Made by a program: the position numbers and the translations under genes. From assembly GCA_963709505.1 (NCBI GenBank), contig CAVPXC010000029.1:1530-65529 (forward strand): DNA of 64,000 bases, read 5' to 3'. This document shows positions 49,574-60,100 of the stretch, piece by piece. The notes under the pieces are model-generated. The model worked only from the letters and a program-made list of their open reading frames with translations, was not told the DNA's origin and made no database searches. How positions within the stretch are numbered: the first letter of the stretch is position 1; every line of letters begins with the position of its first letter. The stretch is from an uncultured Chloroflexia bacterium (GTDB taxonomy: Bacteria; Chloroflexota; Anaerolineae; JAAEKA01).

Positions 49574-49997
49574 TTACATGAGTCCAAGCTGCCGCATCAA
49601 CGTCGCCGTATCCCAGTAGGCGCGCATGGTCTTGATCTTGCCATCGCGCATTTCGAACACCTCGGCGAAGCGCAGTTGCAGCGTCTTGCCCGTCGCCGGG
49701 ATGGTTCCCGCCGGTGTTTGCAAGGGGCCTGTATGCGTTCCGCCGCCGGTGTGCTCGGTGACGATCCGATCGCCTTGGACAGTGATCGAGTTCGACACGC
49801 GTCATGGCATCAGGCATTGAAACGGCCCAGGCTGCGAGCCACTCCCGCCAGCCCTCTTTGCCATGCCAGGACACGCCGAGCGCGACATCTTCCAGCTCGA
49901 AATCTTCGGTGACAAGGTCGAGCAGCCCGGTCCAATCCTGGGTGTTGAAACCGGAGTAGACGGCGAGGACAGTAGCTTGATTCTGTTCGGTGGGCAT
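49574..49997 (-). CDS. SnoaL-like ester cyclase (NTF2 fold); frameshift near 49795
   Basis: N-terminal half in ORF 49494-49997; GTHTGPL..IPATGK..DGKI..YWD..LMRQLG in ORF 49574-49798. Confidence 0.85.
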
Positions 49998-50052
49998 GGT
50001 TGGTGCTCCTTGGTTGATGACCGAAAAAGTGTCACTATCGATTGACAGCTTC

Positions 50053-50109
50053 AGTATACCGCAGCCACCTGGCCATTTTCCAGGTCAAAGGCTGCTCACT
50101 TTCTGCTCA
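50053..50109 (-). promoter_or_regulatory. Promoter with three 11-bp-periodic heptamers upstream of a TATACT -10 box (copy 2)
   Basis: Plus strand: AGTATA 50053, CAGGTCA 50081, CTGCTCA 50092, CTGCTCA 50103. Confidence 0.7.
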
Positions 50110-50217
50110 TTCGCGTCACCACGTGGAAGATCGGACGCCACCCAGCAACACGCCCGGTCGCATCATGCAACCGGGCGTGTTCGTCAGGCTCGACGGATGT
50201 TGGTTCTGCCTTGCACC

Positions 50218-51360
50218 TCATTTTCCCATGGACATGTCGGTAACTGGTATCATGATGTGTTCGATCGGTGTACCGTCGAACATGATGTACGGGTAGCCGG
50301 ACGTGTGGTCGGTGGTGAACTGGCCGGCGTCGAAGCCGCCCGGCGCCATGAACATGACGTGGGGCGGAGTGGTGATCCAGTCCTCGCCCGGTGCGGGAGC
50401 GGTAGCGTGCATGTCGAAGTTGCTCTCGTCGCTACCGCCTTGCAGCATATAGCCGAGGCCGGGTTTGGTGACCTTCGCGTCGTCCATGGCGGCGAACGTG
50501 GCATCCATCGCCGGGTTGTAGCACGAGGGATCGTTGCCCGGCGACACGGCTCGGTCGGGATAACAGGTCCAGCCGTTGGCGCCCTTTTGCAGCACTACCA
50601 TGTCGCCACCTTCCGTCGTGGGGTTGCCCATGACCGTGGCGTTGCTGGCGATGGCCAGCGGAGCGGAGCTCATCGCACTCTGCATCTCAGCGCTAGCGTC
50701 GCCCATGGTGTCTTGCGAGATCGGCACGACCGGCACCATGAGGTGTTCGTAAGGCGTGCCGTCCCACATGATGTAGGGCTCGTCCTGTTTGGGCGTGTTG
50801 GAGAAATCAGCCGAATCGAAGCCGCCCGGCGCCAGCAGCATGATGTGCGGCGGCGTGCTGATCCACTCCTCGCCTGCAGCCGGCTCCATGGCGAAGGGGT
50901 CGGTGTTGGAGGGGTCGCTGCCGCCGGCCAGCATGTAGGCGACGCCGGGCCGGTCGACGGTGAGTGGAGCAGCGGCGCCCAATGCGTCGTTCCATTTGGC
51001 GAACATAGAATCGACGCACATGGGGTCCTTGCCCGGCGAGACCGCCCAGTCGGTGATGCAGGTCCACCCGTTTGTGCCCTCGCGCAGCACGACCATGGGG
51101 CCGCCGGCCTCAGTTGGCCAATCGAGGATCGTGGCGTCCTTCCCGATGACGGTGGGAGCGGCGCTGGTGGCGTTAGCGATACGTGCCTCTGTGGACGGTG
51201 CGGACCCAGCGGGCGCAGCGGCTGCTGGGTCCGCGGTAGGTTCCTCCGCGGCCGGTGCAGATACGGCGGGTTGCGCCGGTTCCGCGGGCTGCGTCAAGAT
51301 GGGTTGGCACGCAGCGAGGACCAGTACGCAGAGTGCTGACAGGATACCAAAGCGTTTCAT
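50218..51360 (-). CDS. Lipoprotein with two tandem copies of an uncharacterised ~160-aa domain
   Basis: LAAC lipobox, Pro/Ala linker; duplicated SAAP/SSAP..G(T/A)NGWTC..YML.GGSD.SN..TPPH(I/V)M..PYIM.DGTP.EH.M.PV. Confidence 0.82.
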   Translation of the reverse strand: MKRFGILSALCVLVLAACQPILTQPAEPAQPAVSAPAAEEPTADPAAAAPAGSAPSTEARIANATSAAPTVIGKDATILDWPTEAGGPMVVLREGTNGWTCITDWAVSPGKDPMCVDSMFAKWNDALGAAAPLTVDRPGVAYMLAGGSDPSNTDPFAMEPAAGEEWISTPPHIMLLAPGGFDSADFSNTPKQDEPYIMWDGTPYEHLMVPVVPISQDTMGDASAEMQSAMSSAPLAIASNATVMGNPTTEGGDMVVLQKGANGWTCYPDRAVSPGNDPSCYNPAMDATFAAMDDAKVTKPGLGYMLQGGSDESNFDMHATAPAPGEDWITTPPHVMFMAPGGFDAGQFTTDHTSGYPYIMFDGTPIEHIMIPVTDMSMGK

Positions 51361-51469
51361 CTTCTTTTCTCCTTCAATTCGAGAGTGTAAAGTACGACAG
51401 AATGCTGGATTACAACATAGCGGGAGACGTTCGATCTTAGCCGCTGAGGCGGCTTCTTCGGTTTTGGCG

Positions 51470-51790
51470 TCAGCCGGCAGATTCTATCGGCTGGCTGACG
51501 TCAGCGCCCGGTGCGTCGAGCTTGTTGACGAGATAAGCCGCCAACGGCGACCACTCGCGGAAGTAGCGCGTTTCACCGGTCAGGATGTGTTTGGCCTGCA
51601 TGCGCACCTCCCATTGACCTGCGTCCACCGGCTCGTACCAGAGGCGCACGGTGAAGAGCTGCGAGCGGGTCCAGGGATCGTCGGGTGAGTTGGTGTCCAA
51701 GTTCGCCTCCTGACAGGGATGACCCAAATGATCGACACCTACGAGGATCGAGGCGCCGGTCGCGTCCGTTTCTTGTGCTGTAATATCCAA
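51470..51790 (-). CDS. Small hypothetical protein
   Basis: SQLFTVRLWYE..KHILTGETRYFREW..LAAYL core; start uncertain. Confidence 0.55.
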   Translation of the reverse strand: MDITAQETDATGASILVGVDHLGHPCQEANLDTNSPDDPWTRSQLFTVRLWYEPVDAGQWEVRMQAKHILTGETRYFREWSPLAAYLVNKLDAPGADVSQPIESAG

Positions 51791-51800
51791 GCGGACTGGT

Positions 51801-51830
51801 CACGGCCAGGCTGAAAGGGCTTGGCCGTGG
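51801..51830. terminator. GC-rich hairpin
   Basis: CACGGCCAGGC..GCTTGGCCGTG stem; no clear U-tract. Confidence 0.35.
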
Positions 51831-52039
51831 GTGGTTCTGCGCCCAGAGACACTAGTTCGACATGGTCGAAAGCTCGTCCGGCAGCTTGTCGAAGAACACT
51901 TGGGTGTCAGGTGCATTCGGCTCGCGCTGGCGAGATAGAGCGACCTGTTTGTTCATCTGGTCGGTCAGTTGCTTCAGCCCTTTTCATGCGAACATGATGT
52001 GGGGATAGCCAGACATGGGGCTGGCTGCGTCGGCATCAA

Positions 52040-53041
52040 CTAACGTCTGACCTGGGTCAGCCAGAACTCCGTCTCAGGCGTCTGCTCAACGTCCCATCGC
52101 GCATTGACCACGTAGAGCGCATCGCCATAGATCGCAGCCGTGGACGGGGCCTCCAGCTTGGGATCGGTGAGGGTTCGAACGAGTTTGCCTGACGTCCACT
52201 CTGGATTGAGTTCTACAACGTAGACCTTGTCGTTATAGTTGACGACATAGAGCGTGTCGCCTGCCAACACCAAGCCATCATGATAGATCTCCGTCTCACC
52301 ATCCAGCGCCAACTCCGTGGTCTCACCTGAGGCCGCATCGACCATATAGAGTTTGCCCAGATCAGTATGCGCAATGATCAGCTTCGTGCCGTCATCCGAA
52401 GCGACGATGCCGTTGCCATTGAGGCCTTCTGGCAGATATTCGAAATCGCCGGTCAGCGAAATGGTTTGGCTGGCCGACGGGTCGGGCAAGTGGCTCTCTG
52501 GCGCGAGAGGCAGTTGATAAACGTGCGGCAGATTGGAATCGGTAAAATAGACGACATCATTGGCCAGAGCGACATCGTTGACAAACCCCTTGGGATCGGT
52601 CGTGAATTGGACATTCGCCACCAGTTCGCCGGTCAGCCCATCATAGACCAGCCCATTGCCGGATTCGTGGCCTGCCACATAGAGCAGGTCGGTGCGCCGA
52701 TCATAGGCCAAGCCCACCGCCTTCTGTGTCTTTTGCGGCGCAACAAAGACGCTGCCTTCGCCCGTGTGTAGGTCGATCTTGTAGATGGCCCCCGATCCAA
52801 CGGAGCCGACAAAGGCGGTGTCACCTCTCCCAACGGTGATTCCTTCTGGTTGGAAACCGTTGGGCAACATCACGGTTACGGATATGTCCTCCGTGGCTTC
52901 GGGCGCCTCGGCCTTCATTGGTTCGATAGAAGCCTCCGGCTGTGGATTGGCACCCTGCGGCGGCGGCGCCTGGCAGCCGGCCAGGAGCAGGGAGAGCAGG
53001 GTGACAACGATCAATACTCTGCATACAGTTCGGCTTGACAT
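52040..53041 (-). CDS. SMP-30/gluconolactonase-like beta-propeller lipoprotein
   Basis: LAGC lipobox; FQPEGI, GFVNDVA..YFTDS, NGNGI, DGLVL, PSTAA..YVVNAR. Confidence 0.82.
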   Translation of the reverse strand: MSSRTVCRVLIVVTLLSLLLAGCQAPPPQGANPQPEASIEPMKAEAPEATEDISVTVMLPNGFQPEGITVGRGDTAFVGSVGSGAIYKIDLHTGEGSVFVAPQKTQKAVGLAYDRRTDLLYVAGHESGNGLVYDGLTGELVANVQFTTDPKGFVNDVALANDVVYFTDSNLPHVYQLPLAPESHLPDPSASQTISLTGDFEYLPEGLNGNGIVASDDGTKLIIAHTDLGKLYMVDAASGETTELALDGETEIYHDGLVLAGDTLYVVNYNDKVYVVELNPEWTSGKLVRTLTDPKLEAPSTAAIYGDALYVVNARWDVEQTPETEFWLTQVRR

Positions 53042-53212
53042 GGGATTCCTCCTTTAGGAAAGCGTGAGAATTCGATCGACCAACACATCGGAGAACGTTG
53101 TTAACGCAGGATTTTCGTGAGCCAGTACCTCGATAATGTTGGATAGCGTGATGGCATTATCCGGGAGCGGCGGCGCGCATTGGCTCCAGGTCAATCGCGT
53201 CGCGGCGACAGG

Positions 53213-56200
53213 TTATTGCGGCGTAGCACCCATCAACTCAGCATTAATCAGTTGCCTGAACTCATCAGGCGCATTCACATCCTGTCCCTTCCAGAAAGCC
53301 TGGCCGCCTTGCAGGTTGGCGGGCGAGATCCCCTCACAGCTATAGCCGAATCTTTGCACAGCGTCTCCCCTTAGATGGAAATGCAACCTGTAATGCACGT
53401 TACACGGCTTCCTGGGTATCCGGTCAAGCTTCTGGTCGAGCGCTTCCAGAACCTGGTGTACGGTGGATCTGTCGGATATGCTCGCAAGAAGCACACCCGT
53501 CTGGTCCAGGACGTCAATGCTCTCGGTGCCCAGTAGACCCGCCTCCGCAACTATGTTTACCTGCGACGGCTCCGGTGTGCCCGTTGGGGCAACGACCTGT
53601 GTCGGCATAGGCGTCGGCATAGGTGTCGGCATAGGTGTTGGCCGTGCGGAGTGGGAGTGTGAATTGACAAACGGGTCATCGGATTCATCCGCCTCATACC
53701 ACATTTGCACACGTTCCTGATTAGTGTCTAGCCAAGAACGGGTAACGTGAGTTCGTTCCAGTAAAGGAAGAGACACGCTGACATAGGCGCTGGGCAGCGT
53801 CGCAAAGGAATGGCCCGTCCATTGTAGGGTAGTGCTGTTGATGGTCTCATCGGTGTCACTCACAAGGATGCCCTTGATTTCTCCTGTGAACATCGGCTCG
53901 ACAGAAGCTGTCCGGAGCTGAATGTCCAGAGGTGGACGACAGATAGCCTCCATGCCCGATCCATCACTGATTCTCAATATGTTGGTTGTAACTGTGTGGT
54001 TCCCCAAATTGAAGGGCGGCATCACCGAGATGGTCGGTGCCTGGGAATGGGACTGGGGTACGGGATAACCTTGTAGCAGTTGCGACTCGTTGGCATTGGC
54101 GAAGTCAAGCAGGGGCACCGGCGTCTGCACGGTGATGTAGCTGAATCCGCTGTACTCGCTGCAGGAACTATCAACGCAGGGAAGCACGCCGATGGCCGTT
54201 ACATTATACTGGTGGCCGTCCACGAAGAGGCGCTTCAGATAACCAGGATCGCCAGGCGCCAGATCGTGCCGGCCAGCGCCGTCGTAGAGCGCAGAGTGGC
54301 TGGCCCCTAGGGCACGTCCGATGGCGACAGACACGGTCTCCTTTTGGGGATTTAGGTCGTGCACGAATACAAACCATGACCCATCCATCTGTCCCAAGTT
54401 GTTGCCACCCGGTGCAATCTGGGTTACTCTGACCTTGTTGCGGCCTACAATGCCCATAGATCTCGGCTCGAAAGCGAGCACAGGGCCGACCTTGTGAGGG
54501 ACGATCCTATATTTATCCAGGTCTGGGTCCAGCCCTCCGCCCGTGTGCCAGATCTGCAACAGCGCCTGCCCATCGGACGTCACATTGATGAGTTCAACCA
54601 TGTGGTCCAGAAACACTGCTCTGCTCGATGGCTGGTCTTGCCTCTGGCTGGTAAGGCTGAGTGTCACCTCCTCGATGACAAACACGACTAGCTCGTTTCC
54701 GTTCATGTCCAAGTCCTGATCCAGCACGTCGATCTGGCCATCCCCATCGAAGTCAGCTTCAATGCCGGTCAGGTTGGACAACGTGCGTTCACTGTGGATT
54801 TGGACGACGCTGTTGTTCCGGGTGTCGAGGTCGGCATCAAACGTGGTCAGGCCAAAGCCGAATGGATCGACCAGCTCCTTGTTGGTGGCAGCGACCGGGA
54901 AGGCAAACACACCCCAGCCTGGCACTGCCTGCGTGGGCTGGCCTTCGGTGTCCACCAACATGTAGGTATACTCCTGCATCAATGCCGGATAGCGATACTC
55001 AATGTTCATTCCCTTCTTGTTCGCCAGAACCTGATCGAGATGGTCCGGCTCATACCACATGCGGAAACTAACCTTCTCCTGGGCATCCTGGGCGTTGACC
55101 GCCAAGCGTGTGTAGAGCTCCTCCCGCAAGGGGTCAGCTTCACAACTCCAGAATTCGCTCATGAGCGCCGGGTTGAATGTGACGAAGTCAGAGCGCGGTG
55201 CCTGCTCGTGCTGCGGATCGTGTGGTGCGTTGAGATCTGTGTAAGGGGCGACCTCGACCGGATAGCCCGTCAAAGCAGCTGTCCCACTGTCGATTTTCAC
55301 TGTCTCCGTGACCACACTGGCGTCACCCGGTCCCATGGCGTCCTCCCCGTAGAGGCGCAGCCATTGCTGAGTGTTGTACAGTGAGCCGCTGCTGGCCGAA
55401 TCGAACCAGAACTTGACCGATGATCCCTCCATGGATGCGTTGGAGAATTGGCTGTTCACCAGATATAGATCATCGGCGCCCTGGACATCAGGCAGAACCA
55501 ACTCAAGGTAACTAGCCGCATGTGTATCCCAGGTGTGCTCTCTCCAGGCTGCTTTGCCTTCCTCGGTTGAAGCGTATACCTCCGCGATTCGGCCCTGATA
55601 CATGTCATTGATCTCTCGGCGCGTATACCGAAAACGCATCTCACGCATGTCGCGATAGTCGACGTCATGTTTCGGGTAGTATGCACCCCAGTAGCTATGC
55701 CCCGTTCCTTGGAGCAGGGGTGCTATGGGCCCAATGAGTTCGCCAATCACCTTGCCTGTGTGGTTGCGCTGGACGTCCTTCAGGAAGTAGTGTTCATGGC
55801 TGTAGGGTGGCAACGCGCCAAGCTGTACATCGGCATCGTAGTTCTGTAGCCGGATCGAATGCTGTTTGTTAGTCAGCGGCGCGCTCAGGAGAGGCAGCGG
55901 CGTACGGATCGTGATGAAACGGAAGCCGTCGCTGCCCTCTGTCCCAATGGCCACGACATTGTAGGCATGTCCATCGACGTAGAATCGCTTGAGCGCAGCC
56001 TGCGAGCCGCCATCAGCGATCCGGGCCATAGGTGCCCCCAGCGCACGTCCGATGCGGATCTGGGCCAGTTCGTTTCTGGCATCTACACTCATTACTTGAA
56101 CGTAAAACGGTCCCAGCTCTATGCCATCGTTGTTATTGGGCGAGATGCCAGGCATGCGGGTCCGATAGGTCCACAGGTCGCCGACCGCAATGGTCTGGGT

Positions 56201-57107
56201 GCCGGTGTCCACAGGTCTGAGATCTCCCATGTAGAAGACGCGCATCGTGACACCGTTTTGGCTGACCGACTCGACCTCGATCATATGATCCAAGAACTGC
56301 AGCCTTTGGCCGGTCCTTAGTAGTTTGGGGGCAACACTCAACACAAGCAACTCATCACCGCTGAGGAAATCCTCATCGCCATCCAATGTGTCAGCGTTCC
56401 CGTTGCTATTGAAGTCCAATCCCTCCAGACCGGTCTTTGCCTGGAGCGTGACCTCGCTGTCGATCTCAACGATGTCCGGGACGTTATCGAAGTCGGCGTC
56501 AAACGTTGTCAAGCCGAAGCCAAACGCATGTTCGAGCTCATTCTCTTTTGATTCCGACGGGAAAAACGAATTGCGTTGAGCCGGCCGGACCCGAGATCGG
56601 CTGAGGAGGCCAACTGTCGCCCACCGCGGCGAATTCGGGCGCCTCCATCAGAATGTAGGTGAACTCCTCCATGATGGCAGGATAGTCCGCTATTGGTCCC
56701 TCGTCAATCGTCAACGGAACATCTTGGTACACCGGCTCATACCACAGGCGAAACCAGACCTTCTCCGCCACGTTGATGTCATCCGAGAAGATCTGGTGAT
56801 ACAGACCCAGGCTCTGGTTTTCGTCCAGTGTTTCATTCTCATACATCCAAGCCGGATTCCAGGTCACAGAGTCCTGCCTGGGGGCCTGGGGTCCATCGGG
56901 ATCGAAGATAGAGTTCAAGCCGTCGATCCCTGTGTAAGGCGCATCTTCGGTGAGGACCTCGGCATCTCCGGCGCTGCTGTTCGCCTCTCCGTAGATGTGA
57001 AGGGTAGGGGGATCTTCACCGGCAAGCGCGACCTGGCTGGACGACAGTAGTCCGCCAACCAAAAGAGTGAAGAATAGAACTCGTTTGACACACGTGGAGA
57101 GATTCAT
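53213..57107 (-). CDS. Large secreted protein (~1300 aa) with two tandem ~540-aa repeats, PT linker and small C-terminal domain; frameshift near 56550
   Basis: Signal peptide ending VALA; ORFs 56538-57107 and 53213-56512 join as FVFPV..ELEHAFGFGLTTFDAD, matching repeat 2 FAFPV..ELVDPFGFGLTTFDAD. Confidence 0.78.
53599..53643. repeat. 12-bp tandem repeat encoding the PTPM linker
   Basis: GTCGGCATAGG(C/T) three times plus a partial unit. Confidence 0.8.
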
Positions 57108-57161
57108 GATGGCCTCCGTTATGATCTCAAGTGCTCTGGCGCTATCAGGTAGGTTTTCATC

Positions 57162-60100
57162 TTATGGAGTTTCCATACAGCGTGTTGGGGTGTGTTGATC
57201 AGTGCCCCGGCCACCCCGGATGATCTCGCTCAGACCAGGACCGTCCCAAAGCAGATCTTGACCGTCCCAGCCGTAGAGTTGGTCACTACCTAGATCACCC
57301 TCGATGCAGTCGTCCTCGTCGTTCCCGGCGAGGATGTCGTCACCCGCATTGCCGATGAGGCGGTCGCGTCCGTCATTGCCTTCTATGTAATCGTCGCCCG
57401 CATTGCCCCACAACAGATCGCTTCCCCAGTTGCCTTCCAGGTAGTCCTGGCCGCCGTTTCCGGCCATGTAGTCGTTGCCGCGGTTACCTTCCAAGTGATC
57501 GGGACCAAATGCGCCGCTGATGTCAAGCCTTGGCCAAGATACATTGCGCACGACGGTGTCGATCCGGCCGGTCACCAGGCGGATCCAACGTTCAACCAGG
57601 TCGATAGGGCGGGTGACCACGCCATTGTCGCCCAACATCACGTCGTCTTCGTCGCCACCGTTCATCCAATCCATCCCGTCGGCCAGTGAATTGGGCGCCA
57701 CGCCGCTGTCGATCACGCCGTCGCCTGCCGAACTGCCACCGATTAGGTCATCCTCGCCACCGTCACCAAACATCCAGTCGTTGCCCGCATTGCCCTGCAA
57801 ATGATCATCCCCAGCGCCGCCGCGCAACTCGTCATCGCTGCCCTGGCCGAACAGCCGGTCGTCATCGGCCTCACCCCACATGCGATCATCGCCTCGCAGG
57901 TAACGCGCGTACGGGGGCGCGTCTACGCCTTCTACATCCAACAGGCGTACCTGCCGGGCAAAGGCGCCGTTGGCGGCCGATACCTGCCACCGGCCGGTAT
58001 CGGCGCAGACCTTGACCAGTGGACGGGTAATGATGCCATTGTCGCCCAGCATGACGTTCTGATGCGCTGTTGGCACGCAGTTCGCTGGGGCTACCATGGC
58101 ACAGAACCGGAGTTCCTACGTCAAAAGCAGGACTAAGGTCCGTCCCGTCCTCGCCGTACAGTTCGTCAGCGCCATCCAGCCGGCCGTTTCGACCGATTGG
58201 CGGGTCGTCGTTCACCTGACCAGTACCGCCGATCATGTCATCCTGGCCGCCATTGCCAAACAGGATATCGTCGCCCGCGTTGCCCTCCAGGTAGTCGTGG
58301 CCGTCGCCGCCATGTAGCTCATCCGCACGACCCTGAGCGTATATCACATCGTCGTCCTCGTCGCCATACATGGTGTCGTTTCCACTTACTACGGCCAGGT
58401 CGTCGGAATCGATGTCGAGCAGGAAGATACGCTCGTGCTGGATCCCATCGTTGTAGGTGTTCGTTACCCATCGACCCTCCACCAGCCTGCGCCTGATCAG
58501 GGCATTGTCTCCCGCCATTACATCGAAAAAGGCGCCTCCGGCCATGATGTCGTCCCCATCCGTTCGTCCGGGTTCGCCGGTCTTGGGGTCGTTGTTGATG
58601 CGCCCTGTGCCGCCCACCATGTCGTCGTGGCCCGCGTCACCGGACAACCCATCGTGGCCCGCATTGCCCTCCATATGGTCGTCCCCGGCGCCGCCGCTAA
58701 GCTTATCGTCCCCGCCTTGTCCGTACAGACGGTCATCGCTGGCTTCGCCGAACAGGGTATCGTCGCCCCCTGTGCCATCGGCTGCTGCCGCATCGACCAT
58801 GGCGACGTCGTACAACCAAAAGCTGCGGGTTATGCCGGCGTTGAAGGTGTTGATCTGCCAGCGGCCATCTTGATCTCGCAGGCGGTCTATGGTCGCATTA
58901 TCGCCCAAGACCAGGTCGTAGTCATCGTTGATTGGGCCATCGACGCGGTCGTCGATGCAGAGTTCGCTGCATTCCAGGAGTTCCCCTGCGTTGCTGCCGG
59001 GGAAGCCGCTGGCGCCGAACAGGTGGTCGTCGTCGTCCAGCCGGCCGTCCACCGCCGTCTCGGGTTCATTGCTGATGATGCGTCCCGTGCCGCCGATCAG
59101 GTCGTCTTGACCGGCATCGCCGTACATGGTGTCACCGCCATCGTTGCCCTCCAGGTAGTCGTCGCCATCGTCACCGTGGACCTCGTCGCCGCCGCCCTGG
59201 CCATACAGGATGTCAAACCCGCTTTCGCCGTGCATCCTGTCGCCGCCGCTGGCGCCGACGGCTGGGCTAGAAGATGTTGTCGTTGCCACATCGAACAGCG
59301 TCACGGTGCGCTGGACAACGTTTCGGACCTCATCAGAGAATGTGTCGGTAATCCACTTGCCGGCCTCGAGCGGTCGTGTGATCGTGGCATTGTCACCCGC
59401 CATCACGTCCTGATGGGCGTTGCCGAACATGAAGTCGCCATCGTCGGGCTGTTCGGCCTCTGCGGATCCGCCGATCATGTCATCCTGACCGGCGTCACCG
59501 TACATCGTGTCGGTGTCGGCGTTGCCTTCCATATAGTCGTCGCCGAGGCCGCCGCGCATGGTGTCGTCGTTCAGGTCGCCGTACATACGATCATTGCCGG
59601 AGTTGCCGTACATCTCGTCGTTGTCGGTGTCGCCATGCATGGTGTCGTTGTCCGCACCACCGCGCATATAATCCTGGCCGGCATTTCCATGCATGGTATC
59701 ATTTTCGCCGCCACCATACATATCGTCGTTACCACCATCACCATCCATTGTATCCATGCCAGCAATCGTGGAATCCCCACTGGCGGTGTTGAGATCGTGT
59801 AAGATCACGGTGCGAGTGATGGTGTCATCCGTTTGAATGCCGCCAGGTCGTGAGATGGACGCATTATCGCCTGCCATGACATCCTGGTCGTCACCACCGT
59901 GCATGACATCGCCTTCGTCAGCCCCTCCGTCCACCGCCGAACCGCCGATCATGTCATCCTGTCCGGCATCGCCGTTCATCGTGTCGACGCCAGCGTTGCC
60001 CTCCATGTAGTCGTGATCGGCGCCGCCAGACATTTCGTCGTTACCGCCGCGACCGTACATGATGTCGTTCCCCGGGCCGCCCCAGAGGCCATCCGCAAAG

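Noticed and set aside
51853-51990. Short minus-strand reading (..KQLTDQMNKQVALSRQREPNAPDTQVFFDKLPDELSTMSN*)
   Set aside because: Possibly a gene remnant, but no clear start and no recognisable family
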